A DNA stretch of 64,000 bases from Bacteriovoracaceae bacterium (GCA_018649885.1 JABIHA010000020.1:1-64000), one strand, 5' to 3'; shown: positions 19,874 through 30,498, counted from the stretch's first letter. Made by a program: numbers and translations. Notes: generated from the sequence alone by a model not told the origin.

Positions 19874-20614
19874 TTAATTCTCTGCCAATTCATTATAAGA
19901 GTTTTGAATAACATTTTGGGTGTAGTCCATAAGCTCTCTAGTTGTTCTAAATTTACTGGTATCAATTTCTTCAAGCAGTTTAACCTTCACAGGCCTTGAT
20001 ACATCCAACTCATTTCTTCCTTTGGGCCATGCGTGGTCAGTTCCATAAACTACTACAGGAACAACACTTCCCCCAAGATCTGAAATGAGCTTAAAAGGAA
20101 AGGCCTTAAATTTTTTCAGACGGTGAACTCCCGGCTCGCTTCTTGTGAGCTCTGGGAAAACGAGCATATTCTCACCGGCCTGAAGTGCCGAGTTCATCCG
20201 TTTAACAAAAATTTGAAATATTTCCATATTTCCTTTTTTAAAAGGAATATGTCCCAATAATTTCATCATCCACCCCAGTACTGGCAGGCGAAAAAGCTCG
20301 TCTTTTGCTACAGTCCTAAGTCCAGGAATGGCACCAAGAAGTAAAAATACATCTAAATGAGAACGGTGGTTGGAAATAAAAAGACGTGGGCGCTTAGTAG
20401 TTTCGATTTTTTCAAGGCCTGTCATTTCAACTTGTAATTGCGGCATAATTCTTAAGAGTAGCCGGACAGCATTTTGAAATAGTTTGGCCCTCATTTGATT
20501 GAAATTTTGATCTAAGTAAGAAAGCAGTGTGAACAATACGACGCCTGGCGAGAACACTATAAATATAATAGCCGCCCAAATAATAAATGTGGCGAGGTAG
20601 ATCCTCTTTTGCAT
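19874..20614 (-). CDS. lysophospholipid acyltransferase (PlsC-like)
   Basis: NHRSHLD (HxxxxD), LVFPELTRS, VVPV. Confidence 0.88.
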   Translation of the reverse strand: MQKRIYLATFIIWAAIIFIVFSPGVVLFTLLSYLDQNFNQMRAKLFQNAVRLLLRIMPQLQVEMTGLEKIETTKRPRLFISNHRSHLDVFLLLGAIPGLRTVAKDELFRLPVLGWMMKLLGHIPFKKGNMEIFQIFVKRMNSALQAGENMLVFPELTRSEPGVHRLKKFKAFPFKLISDLGGSVVPVVVYGTDHAWPKGRNELDVSRPVKVKLLEEIDTSKFRTTRELMDYTQNVIQNSYNELAEN

Positions 20615-20744
20615 GTTCTATTCATTGTTAACAGTAGTCTTTAAGAGTACTTTGGAATGCACAGTATTCCTATGGCAAGGAGATTATTTTGACGGATATT
20701 TTCAATCCAGCTTAGAATGCTATGGTATTATTTAGGAGGAATCT

Positions 20745-21491
20745 ATGCTGCAGAATGCAAAAGTGGCTTTGGTGACAGGTGCAAGCTCAGGAATCGGAAA
20801 AGAAGTGGCAAGAAGATTGGCCGCAGATGGACTCTTTGTACTCGTACACTACGGAAAGAACCGCGCAGGTGCCGAAGATACACTTAAGGTAATAAAAAAT
20901 GAAGGTGGATGCGGTGAGTGCATTTGTTTTGATATAAGAAATTCAGGCCTTGTTGATGAGACCCTCGACAACTTTTTTAAAACCAATACCGATAAAAAAA
21001 TATACGCCGTTGTTCAAAATGCTGGCATCACGAATGATACCCTTACAGGGCTCATGTCAGATGAAATGTTTGACTCTGTAATCGCCACTAATTTATCTGG
21101 GGGCTTTCATGTACTCCGTTGGGCAAGCAGGAGACTTTTAAAGCACCGAGATGGGGCCATTGTCGCCATATCAAGCCTCAGTGGGCAAATGGGAAACCCA
21201 GGGCAGATAAATTACGCTGCTTCAAAAGCAGGCCTAATTGCTATGGTCAAAACTCTTGCCAAAGAAGTTGGCAAAAGAAATATTCGAGTCAACGCTGTGG
21301 CACCAGGAATTATTGAAACATCTATGATTTCTGAAATTCCACACCTTGATGAAATAAAAAAACAAATCCCGCTTGCTCGCTTTGGAGATCCTTGTGAAGT
21401 GGCGGGTGCCGTCAGCTTTTTGTGTGGAAAGGATTCAAGCTACATCACTGGTCAAACAATTTCCGTTAATGGGGGCATCTATTGCCACTAG
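20745..21491 (+). CDS. fabG: 3-oxoacyl-ACP reductase
   Basis: [45 protein letters not shown]. Confidence 0.92.
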   Translation: MLQNAKVALVTGASSGIGKEVARRLAADGLFVLVHYGKNRAGAEDTLKVIKNEGGCGECICFDIRNSGLVDETLDNFFKTNTDKKIYAVVQNAGITNDTLTGLMSDEMFDSVIATNLSGGFHVLRWASRRLLKHRDGAIVAISSLSGQMGNPGQINYAASKAGLIAMVKTLAKEVGKRNIRVNAVAPGIIETSMISEIPHLDEIKKQIPLARFGDPCEVAGAVSFLCGKDSSYITGQTISVNGGIYCH

Positions 21492-23005
21492 ATAATAAAT
21501 GGGACGTAGTGATCGTAGGCTCAGGAATTTCTTCTTTGAGTGCTGCACTTCTTTTGGGCAAAGAAGCCGGAAAAAAAGTTTGTATTTTGGAGTCACACTC
21601 TCAGTATGGCGGTTATCTCCACTCTTTTAAACGATTTGGTAAACGCTTTGATACTGGGGCCCACTATGTGGGGGCGATGGGAGAGGATGGACAATTTCGT
21701 GCCCTTTTAAAATACCTGGATGTCTTTGATGAAAAAATTTTTGTTAAATTAGATGATGGTTTTGACAATATAAAAGGTGCGGACTTTGAATTTGTAATTC
21801 CCACCGGATATAAGAATTTTGAAAATAAATTAATTGCTAATTTTCCTAGCGACAAAAATGGAATCAAAGAATTTTTACAAATTATTCGTGAAGTGGTGAA
21901 AGTATTTCCCTCGTACAATTTTGGGGCCAAGCTCAATTTTTCGGCCTTTAAAGAGGCAACTGAAACCTCACTGGGCTCAGTTGTAGAGAAGCTGATAAAG
22001 AGTCCTAATTTAAAAATAATTTTGTACAGCTACTGTGCACTCCACGGTGTTTCACCTCATGATATCTCCATAGGAATGCATGCACTTATCTTAGACGGCC
22101 TTATTCGTGGGGCCTACGGTTTTCGTAATGGCGGAGATAAACTAGCAGATAACTTTGCCCAGAAGATTAGATCCTTTGGTGGAGAAGTCTTTTGCAATAA
22201 AAAAGTGGTGGCCCTAAATACCTCTGATGGAAAAGTCATCTCAGCAGAACTTGAAAATGGTCAAAAAGTCCATGGAGATATTTTCATTTCGGGCGCTGAT
22301 CCCCATAGCACTTATAAGCTATTCGACCAGTCCATACTAAAAGCTGGTAGAAAAAATAGAATCAAAAAATTAAATTATACCCAAGGAGTGCTGGGCATCT
22401 ATGCCAAAGTGAATAAAAGTCTCGGTTTAAATACAAGAAAAAATTACTACTGCTTTAACTCTAAAGATCCCAATCATTTGGTTTCTCCCATCTCTGAGTC
22501 CACACAAATTAAAGCAGCTTTTTTTAGCCCCACTTCAAGAGTATCAGATGCTGAGAGCACCACAGATGCCATCGCCATTTTCGGTCAAATTCCTGAAGGC
22601 CTATTTGAAAAATGGAAGGGTGATAAAAATTATAGTACTGATAGTGAATATATAGATACCAAGACCCAACTCGCGAACAAGACATTAAAATTTGTCGATC
22701 AGTTTTTTCCAAACTTCAGCCGCAGTGTCATGAAGTTTTCGACCAGCACGCCTCTTACAAATATTAGGTATAACCCCTCTGTTAGTGGCGCGCCCTACGG
22801 AATCTATCACTCCATGTCTCAGACCGGGATCCGCTCCCTTTCAAACAAAACTCAATTTGAAAATTTTTTCCTCACTGGCCAATCGACCCTAATGCCTGGA
22901 CTACTTGGTGCCTGCCTATCTGGATTTCACACAGTCGATCACCTGCTGGATTTAGAACAAATTTTAATAGGCGTAAAATCCCTCTGGAGAAATACAAATG
23001 AATAA
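21482..23005 (+). CDS. phytoene-dehydrogenase / retinol-saturase-like FAD oxidoreductase
   Basis: [40 protein letters not shown]. Confidence 0.85.
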   Translation: MPLDNKWDVVIVGSGISSLSAALLLGKEAGKKVCILESHSQYGGYLHSFKRFGKRFDTGAHYVGAMGEDGQFRALLKYLDVFDEKIFVKLDDGFDNIKGADFEFVIPTGYKNFENKLIANFPSDKNGIKEFLQIIREVVKVFPSYNFGAKLNFSAFKEATETSLGSVVEKLIKSPNLKIILYSYCALHGVSPHDISIGMHALILDGLIRGAYGFRNGGDKLADNFAQKIRSFGGEVFCNKKVVALNTSDGKVISAELENGQKVHGDIFISGADPHSTYKLFDQSILKAGRKNRIKKLNYTQGVLGIYAKVNKSLGLNTRKNYYCFNSKDPNHLVSPISESTQIKAAFFSPTSRVSDAESTTDAIAIFGQIPEGLFEKWKGDKNYSTDSEYIDTKTQLANKTLKFVDQFFPNFSRSVMKFSTSTPLTNIRYNPSVSGAPYGIYHSMSQTGIRSLSNKTQFENFFLTGQSTLMPGLLGACLSGFHTVDHLLDLEQILIGVKSLWRNTNE

Positions 23006-24233
23006 AGTCTTAATCACAGGATTGGGGGCCGTATCATGTTTTGGCCTGACAAAAGAAGATCTTTTTAAAGGCCTATCAGAGAACCTATGTGGTTTTAAAA
23101 AATTTGAAAGCTGGAGTGATATCAAAGGACTCAATTGTCATATCGGCGCTGAAGTAGAAAATTTTGATAACAAATTTATTCCCAGAAAAAAAAGAAGGTC
23201 CATGTCCAAGATGTCTGAGATGGCCTACCTCGCGACCCTCGACGCCCTTGCGGATGCCGGTATCGCATTGGGAGAAATTGAAGAAGGCCACCCGGTCAAT
23301 CCCATGAGGACCAACCTCATCTACGGTTCAACCACAGGCAGCCCCACCACTTTGGAATCATTTTATAAAAAATATTTTGAATCTGGCGGAGAGGGACAAC
23401 TTTCAACGAGTTTTTTTAAAGTCATGAATCACAGCGTTGCCGCCAATGTGGCGCTTGGCATTGGCTACCGTGGACCTCTGATTGCCCCCTCATCTGCATG
23501 TAGCACATCAAACCAAGCACTGATTCTTGGAATGGAATTAATCAAGGTTGGACTATACGACGTAGTTGTCGTGGGTGGCGCTGATGAACTCCACCCCTCC
23601 TCGGTCGGAGTTTTTGATATCGTTCATGCTGCGGCAAGAGGCTATGATGACAAACCCCATACCCTTCCAGGTCCATTTGATAAAAATCGCCCGGGCCTTG
23701 TGGTATCAGAGGGGGCCGGAGTCATTGTCCTTGAGTCAGAGTCGCACATGAAGCTTAGAGGCGGCAGCTCATACGGCGAAATACTAGGCGGGGCCTACCA
23801 GTGTGATGGCATCCATATGGCGCAACCTGATCAAAAATCTATGTCGGAAACTATGTTTCGGGCCATTGAAAATTCTCATTTATCTCCTCACGAAATTGAT
23901 TATGTGAATGCACATGCCACAGGCACCGTCATAGGAGATGTTTTAGAGGGCAAGGCCATTGTGGACACAGTGGGAAGCAAGGTCCCCATCAGCAGCTTGA
24001 AAGGACATATGGGTCACTCTCTCGCAGCTTGCGGCACACTGGAAGTGGTGGCCTCACTGTTAATGGCCAAAGAGAAAAAGCTGATCGGGAACAGGAATTT
24101 AACGGAGCTCGATGACGAGCTGAAAGATTCCAATTTTCTTTTTAATGACGAAAATCTTGCGATTGAAGTTTTTTTAAGTAATAATTTTGCTTTCGGGGGA
24201 ATGAATTCAAGTCTAGTCGTTAGGTGTCACTAG
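22998..24233 (+). CDS. beta-ketoacyl-ACP synthase (FabF type)
   Basis: SSACSTS, NAHATGT, LKGHMGH, SNNFAFGG. Confidence 0.93.
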   Translation: MNKVLITGLGAVSCFGLTKEDLFKGLSENLCGFKKFESWSDIKGLNCHIGAEVENFDNKFIPRKKRRSMSKMSEMAYLATLDALADAGIALGEIEEGHPVNPMRTNLIYGSTTGSPTTLESFYKKYFESGGEGQLSTSFFKVMNHSVAANVALGIGYRGPLIAPSSACSTSNQALILGMELIKVGLYDVVVVGGADELHPSSVGVFDIVHAAARGYDDKPHTLPGPFDKNRPGLVVSEGAGVIVLESESHMKLRGGSSYGEILGGAYQCDGIHMAQPDQKSMSETMFRAIENSHLSPHEIDYVNAHATGTVIGDVLEGKAIVDTVGSKVPISSLKGHMGHSLAACGTLEVVASLLMAKEKKLIGNRNLTELDDELKDSNFLFNDENLAIEVFLSNNFAFGGMNSSLVVRCH

Positions 24234-24256
24234 ATACACGCTGGGAGCGTAAAGTA

Positions 24257-24541
24257 ATGCTAAGTAAAGAAGATATCATTGTCCGCGTAAATGAAACTTT
24301 CGTCAGCGAGTTTGAAATTGATCCAGCACTATTAAAACCTGAGGCCAATCTATTCACAGACCTTGAGCTCGACAGCCTAGACGGTGTTGATATGCTCATT
24401 CACCTAGAAGATAATATGGGTGTTAAATTTGACTCTGAAGTTTTTAAGGAAGTGAGAACTCTGGGTGATATTTACACCAAAGTTGAACAGCTGATAGCTC
24501 AACACCCTGAAATGGAAAAGCGCAACTCCGATACCGTTTGA
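24257..24541 (+). CDS. acyl carrier protein
   Basis: LELDSLDGVD motif. ATG 24257 follows GGAG. Confidence 0.9.
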   Translation: MLSKEDIIVRVNETFVSEFEIDPALLKPEANLFTDLELDSLDGVDMLIHLEDNMGVKFDSEVFKEVRTLGDIYTKVEQLIAQHPEMEKRNSDTV

Positions 24542-24867
24542 CCACCACAACACCAACTGCATTTAAACCATTCATCCTCAAGCTCTGGAATCTCGATTGT
24601 TAAATCTATTTGATCACCTGGTTTAACCACACTCATAAATTTAGCATTTTTAATGGTGCTGTATTCAATTTCATCACGATCCATGAATGATCTGATAACC
24701 CATAGCGTCGCATCCAATATGGCCACTCCGGGTAGTACTGGATTATCTGGGAAGTGCCCATCAAAATAAGGAAGATCAGCAGCAATAGAAAGTGAGACTT
24801 TGAGAAGTCCTTTCTCCATTGCAATATCTTCTCTGGCAAATTGAAAATGTTCTTTTGTGTCTATCAT
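24499..24867 (-). CDS. hotdog-fold 3-hydroxyacyl-ACP dehydratase (FabZ/ApeI-like)
   Basis: YFDGHFPDNPVLPGV and AKFMSVVKPGD. Antisense to both flanking genes. Confidence 0.85.
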   Translation of the reverse strand: MIDTKEHFQFAREDIAMEKGLLKVSLSIAADLPYFDGHFPDNPVLPGVAILDATLWVIRSFMDRDEIEYSTIKNAKFMSVVKPGDQIDLTIEIPELEDEWFKCSWCCGGQTVSELRFSISGC

Positions 24868-24915
24868 GGTAAAAAGGTACTTGATTTTAACTTCTTTGAA
24901 AACAGGACTCTGCTC

Positions 24916-26055
24916 TTGCAAATAATTTCGAGCGCACTTGTAACCAGCTGTGGTATCGGAAAGTGTGCGCTGATTGATTCTATTTATAGTGGAAAGCTAA
25001 CCCATAGGGCCTTTAGCTCAAGACCCACGACAAAAAAACCACTGATGTTCCCAAGTTTTTACGAAGGTGCCCAGTATTGTCCCCTGCCTAGCTCTTTTTA
25101 TCAAAAGGCAAACTCAGCTAGAGATGTCTTTTTTAATCTCTTTGATGAGATATTCTCTCAACTTAAATCAAACACTCCCGGAGAGTTTGACTATTCAAAA
25201 ATGGGAATGATATTTTGCTCTACTAAGGGCGCCACTGAAGACTACCTTGGAATTGCTGCACAAAAATTCGCAGACCCCATCCACAGTGTTCTCGACTCCT
25301 ATCTAACTGCCAGAGAAATGAATTTTGCCAAATCAATATGTATCTCAAATGCATGCTCCAGCTCACATGTGGGAATTTTTCTAGCAAACAAATGGCTTTT
25401 GCGAGATGAAGCAGAAGAAGTGGTAGTGATTTCCTCTGATCTCATTGGGTCATTTGTGGCCTCAGGTTTTAATTCACTTAAGGCCCTCGGCACGACTCCC
25501 ATTCGCCCTTTTGATGGTAAAAGAGATGGTCTTTTACTGGGTGAGGCCTGCGCAGCAGTGGTCTTTGGAAAAAATCGTGGACCTTTAAATACTTCTATTG
25601 GTATCAAAATTTCAAAAGTTGGTTTTATCACTGATCCAGGTGCCACTATCAGGCCAAATGCTGAGGGTGAATCGCTTTACCAGTTGATAAAAAACCATGG
25701 AATGGATATTGGTGTTGATGCCATCATAGCACACGGTACATCGACACCTGCTAATGATTTAAGTGAAGCAAAGGCCTATGAAAGATTATTTCCAGAAAAC
25801 AATATTCCAATAACTGCATCCAAGTGGTGTATTGGACACACAATGGGGGCATCTGGTTTGATTGATTTAATCCTGGCCATGGACTCTATTGAATCTGGGC
25901 GATTATTTCCTATTTCTACTCTTAAAGAGCGAGACCCTAACATAAACTCTTTAGTGATTAATGAAACTTTAAGCGCAGAATTTAACAATATTTTGGTTTC
26001 CTCTCTTGGCTTCGGTGGAATTGCCGCAGCCTTCAACGTCATAAGTGAGAACTGA
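24916..26055 (+). CDS. beta-ketoacyl-ACP synthase
   Basis: SNACSSS, IAHGTST, SKWCIGHT, SLGFGG. Probable TTG start at 24916 after AGGA; the ORF track starts at 24841. Confidence 0.88.
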   Translation: MQIISSALVTSCGIGKCALIDSIYSGKLTHRAFSSRPTTKKPLMFPSFYEGAQYCPLPSSFYQKANSARDVFFNLFDEIFSQLKSNTPGEFDYSKMGMIFCSTKGATEDYLGIAAQKFADPIHSVLDSYLTAREMNFAKSICISNACSSSHVGIFLANKWLLRDEAEEVVVISSDLIGSFVASGFNSLKALGTTPIRPFDGKRDGLLLGEACAAVVFGKNRGPLNTSIGIKISKVGFITDPGATIRPNAEGESLYQLIKNHGMDIGVDAIIAHGTSTPANDLSEAKAYERLFPENNIPITASKWCIGHTMGASGLIDLILAMDSIESGRLFPISTLKERDPNINSLVINETLSAEFNNILVSSLGFGGIAAAFNVISEN

Positions 26056-26692
26056 AATGTATTACCTTCAATGCCTAACCCAAAGTGTTGTTCTCAATAA
26101 AAAAATTGTCCCCAAATGGGCACAGAAAATAAAAAGGTGGAACCAATTAGACGGGGCTGCCTTTACTCTTGCTGAAGTCTCACACCCACTCAAAAAAGAG
26201 ATACTGGGCACTGAGCTAGTAGTTCTAAGCTCATCTCTATCCAGCATTCAAACCGACCATGAGTTTTACCGCTCGCCTTCTGCTGCCAAATTTGTTCACA
26301 CTCTCCCCAATGTGAGAGCGACAGCACTACTGCAAGTCTGTGAACTGAAGGTTCCTGTGCTGTCTGTGGAAAATGGGCAGCACTCACTTTTTAGTGCCCT
26401 AGAAGAGGCCATATCCCTAGTTTATGATGGCAGCTACAAAAAAGTTCTGATCGCTTCAATTGAGCTTATTGAAAACGATCAATACCGCTGGGATATTTTT
26501 ACCATTAACATTAACGGTCCCTACTTCAAAAGCCCCCATAGCATTGACTATTATTGTACGGCGTTGGATGATGGAGGCGCTGAAAAAAATTATTTAGATA
26601 ATAACACATTGAGACAACTATTATTTACTGATCTTCGCACCCAAAGATTTATAAGGGTCGGTCACTTTCAGCTTAAAACCATGGAGAATTAG
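26045..26692 (+). CDS. KS N-terminal-like / chain-length-factor-like protein
   Basis: SPSAAKFVHTLPNV resembles the truncated KS partners of flexirubin-type clusters. Coupled to the upstream KS. Confidence 0.6.
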   Translation: MRTEMYYLQCLTQSVVLNKKIVPKWAQKIKRWNQLDGAAFTLAEVSHPLKKEILGTELVVLSSSLSSIQTDHEFYRSPSAAKFVHTLPNVRATALLQVCELKVPVLSVENGQHSLFSALEEAISLVYDGSYKKVLIASIELIENDQYRWDIFTININGPYFKSPHSIDYYCTALDDGGAEKNYLDNNTLRQLLFTDLRTQRFIRVGHFQLKTMEN

Positions 26693-26694
26693 GT

Positions 26695-28284
26695 TTGGAT
26701 CAAATTAATATTCATCAAAAACGCTATGAGTTTGATGAAATTGCCAAAATCATTTTCAAAAACTCCGAAAACTTCCAAATTACCTTTGATTCACAAGTTT
26801 TGGACAATGTTAAAAAATCTCAGCTGGCACTTCTGGCCCATATTGAAAAACGAATTCCCATCTACGGTGTAACCACAGGTTTTGGGGATAGCTGTCACAG
26901 AGTCATAGAGCTTGGGCAAATTGAAAAACTTCAAAATAACCTTGTATCCTATCTTCTTTGCGGAACAGGTGATGTGTTAGATCAGAAGGTTTCAAAGGGA
27001 GTCTTATTTTTAAGATTAATTTCTCTTTCAAGAGGATTTTCAGGAGTCTCTCCAGAACTTCTTGAGAGGATGGCCACCTATTTTGAAAATGGATGGTATC
27101 CAGTAATCCCTAGGTCGGGCTCCCTGGGTGCTAGTGGAGACTTAATTCCACTTGCCTACTTGGCCAATAATTTAAGGGGAGAAGGCACAACTTTTGGAAA
27201 GGACGGAAAGCATGTCCCCATGGAGGCCCTGATAAAAGAAAGTCGTTTAGAAAAATACACTTTCAAAGCAAAAGAGGCACTGGCCTTAGTCAACGGGACA
27301 ACAACGATGGTGTCTCAATCTCTTCTCAACACGGTAAGGGCCTCGTATTTTACTGAGCTTGCATGCCTGTGCTCTGCCTGGTCTTGCTTGGCCTTGCAAG
27401 GCAGAAAAGAGGCCTTTGGCGATTTAGTAAACCAGCGTGCTAAAACTCACCCAGGACAAAGAAAAGCAGCTGGTATCATTCATCAACTCTTAGATGATGA
27501 AGATTACAAGAATATTGATCTGATAGATATTGATATAAAGAATTCCCAAACTGAACAGTTTGTCCAAGACCCCTACTCACTTAGATGCTCCCCTCAAATA
27601 CTGGGGCCTATTTTTGAAACAATCGACTTAGTTAAGAGTTGGATTGAAACTGAGTTAAATGGTGTATCCGATAATCCCCTCGTTGATTCTGAGGGTGAAT
27701 TAAAAATGGGTGGCAATTTTTATGGAGGTCATCTCAGTATGGGAATGGACTACTTAAAAATTAGTCTTGCCCACATAGCAGACCATATGGACCGGCAGTT
27801 AACTCTTCTTATTAGTGACAAAACTAGTCGTGGCCTTCCTCCAAACTTGGCCGCTTGGGATGATCACAACGAAAATGAAAGATTTCTACTCCACGGTCTG
27901 AAAGGCCTGCATCAAGGGGTAAATGCCATAACTTCTGAAGTCATGGCCAAATCAACCCCTGGTGGAATCTTTTCAAGATCTAGTGAATCTCATAATCAAG
28001 ATAAGGTAAGCCTTGGCATGAGTGCGGCCAATCAGTGTCACGATCTACTTGAGCAAGTAGAAGATATTTTTGCCCTTTATTTAATATGCCTGGCCCAAGG
28101 GCTTGACCTGAGGGGAATAAAATTAAAAGGTGAAAATTCAGTTAAATACTATCAAATGATCCGCTCAAACGTCGCTTTTGTAAAAGATGATATCCCATTA
28201 CACGACTCCATTGAAAAACTTAAAATTGCACTAAAAGAGGCCTCTACTGAGTGTGAGAGATCCCTTTTCGGTGGTAACTCATGA
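26695..28284 (+). CDS. aromatic amino-acid ammonia-lyase (MIO enzyme, PAL/TAL-like)
   Basis: IYGVTTGFG, SLGASGDL (ASG, MIO), KEALALVNGT, QDPYSLRC, DNP, GGNFYG, HNQDKVSLG. Confidence 0.93.
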   Translation: MDQINIHQKRYEFDEIAKIIFKNSENFQITFDSQVLDNVKKSQLALLAHIEKRIPIYGVTTGFGDSCHRVIELGQIEKLQNNLVSYLLCGTGDVLDQKVSKGVLFLRLISLSRGFSGVSPELLERMATYFENGWYPVIPRSGSLGASGDLIPLAYLANNLRGEGTTFGKDGKHVPMEALIKESRLEKYTFKAKEALALVNGTTTMVSQSLLNTVRASYFTELACLCSAWSCLALQGRKEAFGDLVNQRAKTHPGQRKAAGIIHQLLDDEDYKNIDLIDIDIKNSQTEQFVQDPYSLRCSPQILGPIFETIDLVKSWIETELNGVSDNPLVDSEGELKMGGNFYGGHLSMGMDYLKISLAHIADHMDRQLTLLISDKTSRGLPPNLAAWDDHNENERFLLHGLKGLHQGVNAITSEVMAKSTPGGIFSRSSESHNQDKVSLGMSAANQCHDLLEQVEDIFALYLICLAQGLDLRGIKLKGENSVKYYQMIRSNVAFVKDDIPLHDSIEKLKIALKEASTECERSLFGGNS

Positions 28285-29510
28285 AGATCAATCTTTTTCG
28301 AAAATCACATGGAAAAGATGTATTTAAGTATCTAGATCTAGCTATCAACGAAGGTGAATTAACAATTTTCTTCCCCCCCAGAGAAATTGATCTAGATGAA
28401 TTTATCAAATGGCTTCCAGAGGGCGAGCTTAATTATATTGGTGACTGGAAAGTGAAGGCAACGCTCACAACCAGAGAAAAAGTTGAGTATTCGCAGAGAC
28501 CTCAGCTTGGGGTATTTACGACAGGCACAACCAGCGAAAACAATAACCTGATTCTTTTCACTGAAAAAAACCTAACCAGTGCCATAGACTCTATCCTCTC
28601 CTTTTTTCACCAGCACAAAATTAACTACCTTTTTTCATTTCCTGGCCCCCAACATATTTTTGGCCTCAGTCTTGGATATATGCTCAGCAGGCATAGAAAT
28701 ATAGAAATGATAGATCTTAAAGGTCCATACAATAGTGGTCACCTAAGACAATGGTTTCGTGCCTGTGAGTCTTATGGTCCATCCCTTTTAACGCTGGGAA
28801 CTCCAACCCACTTTAACGATTTAATAACCTACGCACATAGTTTTGATATTTCACCCAGTCCGTCTCTCACATCAATTGCAGGAGGTGGAATTGTGGGAGT
28901 CAAGTTGTGGGATGAGATGCAAAATATCTTGGGAATTGAAAACCCAAGTATTGGTTATGGATGTTCAGAGGCCTCTCCCGCCATATCTCACTTGGCGCCA
29001 GGAGTAAGGCCTGTAAGTGATAGTGATCTAGGAGAAATTGTCCCCTCAGTCGAAATCCTTAAAAGCGATTCACAAGGCTTTGAATTTGCCGGCCCAAATC
29101 TCTGCCTCGCCATTTGTAGTAAATTGGGGATCACTTTTCCAAAGAGCTTGAAAATAAAAGATCGAATTAAAATTGAAGGATCTCATTTAACTTTTAATGG
29201 CCGGGCCTCTCTACTACTAAATAGAGGCGGAGAAAAATTCTCCCTCGAAGAAATCGAGCAATTTTTAAATAGCGAATTTAAAACCCAAGTGGTTTGTCTT
29301 TGTATTGATGACAAGAGACTTGGTAGTGAGCTAGGTATCCTGGTGAAGAAAAACCAGACACCCAAGATGAAAATTTTTGGGGCGCTGACCAAAAAATATG
29401 CAAAAAACTTTAATCCTGACTATTATAAAGAAGTGGATTTAATCCCTACCAATGCTAACCAAAAAATCGACCGCAAATCTTGCAGTGATCTTTACTACGG
29501 TGATGAATAA
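28281..29510 (+). CDS. AMP-binding acyl-CoA/ACP ligase (compact ANL enzyme)
   Basis: FTTGTT P-loop, GYGCSE, GR..LLNRGGEK, PTNANQKIDR (A10 Lys). Confidence 0.85.
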   Translation: MKINLFRKSHGKDVFKYLDLAINEGELTIFFPPREIDLDEFIKWLPEGELNYIGDWKVKATLTTREKVEYSQRPQLGVFTTGTTSENNNLILFTEKNLTSAIDSILSFFHQHKINYLFSFPGPQHIFGLSLGYMLSRHRNIEMIDLKGPYNSGHLRQWFRACESYGPSLLTLGTPTHFNDLITYAHSFDISPSPSLTSIAGGGIVGVKLWDEMQNILGIENPSIGYGCSEASPAISHLAPGVRPVSDSDLGEIVPSVEILKSDSQGFEFAGPNLCLAICSKLGITFPKSLKIKDRIKIEGSHLTFNGRASLLLNRGGEKFSLEEIEQFLNSEFKTQVVCLCIDDKRLGSELGILVKKNQTPKMKIFGALTKKYAKNFNPDYYKEVDLIPTNANQKIDRKSCSDLYYGDE

Positions 29511-29963
29511 ATGAATATGTCTGATAGTGTTATCCATGTTGACCAATTAAAGAGCTACCTTCCTCACAGGGCCCCTATGATATGGGTCGATGAAGTCATC
29601 AGTGTGGGCGATGACTCGGGAATTATAGCAGTAGAGCTGAAAGAGGATGCCCACTACTTTGATACAGTTAATCTTAGAAACACAAGCTTCATCGAATGGA
29701 TGGCACAAGGATGGGGCTACCTAGTAGGAGCAAAACTATTAAACTCTGGAAAGTTAGTTCAACCAAAAAGAGCATTTCTGGCGGGAGTCAACAATTTTGA
29801 AGTCCACTACAATCCTCAATTAATTCCAGGTGATATGGTTTTTGTGCACTTAAAACTCAGAAAAGATCTTGGTCAAGTGATGATGGTCGATGGCAGGATT
29901 TTATTTGGTGAAGAACAGGCGTGCATATGTACAGCACGCCTTAAGTTATTTATTGAAAGCTAA
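29511..29963 (+). CDS. hotdog-fold dehydratase (ApeP-like)
   Basis: LPHRAPMIWVD and IEWMAQ motifs. Confidence 0.85.
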   Translation: MNMSDSVIHVDQLKSYLPHRAPMIWVDEVISVGDDSGIIAVELKEDAHYFDTVNLRNTSFIEWMAQGWGYLVGAKLLNSGKLVQPKRAFLAGVNNFEVHYNPQLIPGDMVFVHLKLRKDLGQVMMVDGRILFGEEQACICTARLKLFIES

Positions 29964-29964
29964 T

Positions 29965-30405
29965 CTATTGTTTAAATACCCATTTTAACCCCAGTGGAGT
30001 TTTATTTCTAAGCTTTCCTCCATCATAAACACTTTTGAATTCTACCCAAAAATCTCCCTCATGGTCTGGAGTCTTACAAACGATGTAAAATTCACGGGCC
30101 CTATTTGGAGGTAGAGTGACACCCATTCCATCTCCATCTGTTCCACCAATTTTGATGATCTCTCCTGTATCACTGCCTCTTCCACAAACCATATCTCTTC
30201 GGTATATTCTTTGAGAAGTTTCAACAAGAGAGTTCAGCTCAAGTCTGACATCGTAATGACTATTTTTATCTTTAATCCAAATCCCTTGTACTTCAAATCT
30301 TCCCTTGGCAGTCACGGTAGTGTTTTGATTTTGCAGTAGATGTTTGGTGGAGCCACAAGCAGTTATAAGAAATAAGACAAAGAGTAATGAAGCCGTATTT
30401 TTCAT
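29965..30405 (-). CDS. hypothetical lipoprotein
   Basis: Lipobox LITAC, AGGA RBS. Confidence 0.75.
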   Translation of the reverse strand: MKNTASLLFVLFLITACGSTKHLLQNQNTTVTAKGRFEVQGIWIKDKNSHYDVRLELNSLVETSQRIYRRDMVCGRGSDTGEIIKIGGTDGDGMGVTLPPNRAREFYIVCKTPDHEGDFWVEFKSVYDGGKLRNKTPLGLKWVFKQ

Positions 30406-30455
30406 TTAAAATCCTTTTTTTAATGAACAACAACAATAGCATTTTTTAAACGCAG

Positions 30456-30482
30456 AATCCACACCGAAGGTGTGGATTTTTT
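30456..30482. terminator. terminator-like hairpin
   Basis: AATCCACACC-gaa-GGTGTGGATT, 10-bp perfect stem just downstream of the 30499 stop. Confidence 0.65.
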
Positions 30483-30498
30483 ATTTTAGATTAAGATA

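Larger units (their letters stand above)
8161..29963. other. aryl-polyene / flexirubin-like type II FAS-PKS biosynthetic gene cluster
   Basis: Contiguous KS, CLF, ACP, FabG, dehydratase, ammonia-lyase, AMP-ligase, GT2, acyltransferase, LolA, MMPL and halogenase genes, the typical APE/flexirubin gene set. Confidence 0.88.

Noticed and set aside
26695..28284. hutH histidase of histidine catabolism
   Set aside because: No hutU/I/G nearby, it lacks the Ser-His selectivity pair, and it is coupled to an acyl ligase.
8161..29963. Housekeeping fatty-acid synthesis operon, or a complete flexirubin cluster
   Set aside because: No plsX/fabH/fabD, and export and tailoring genes are present. No recognisable DarA/DarB for the resorcinol moiety.
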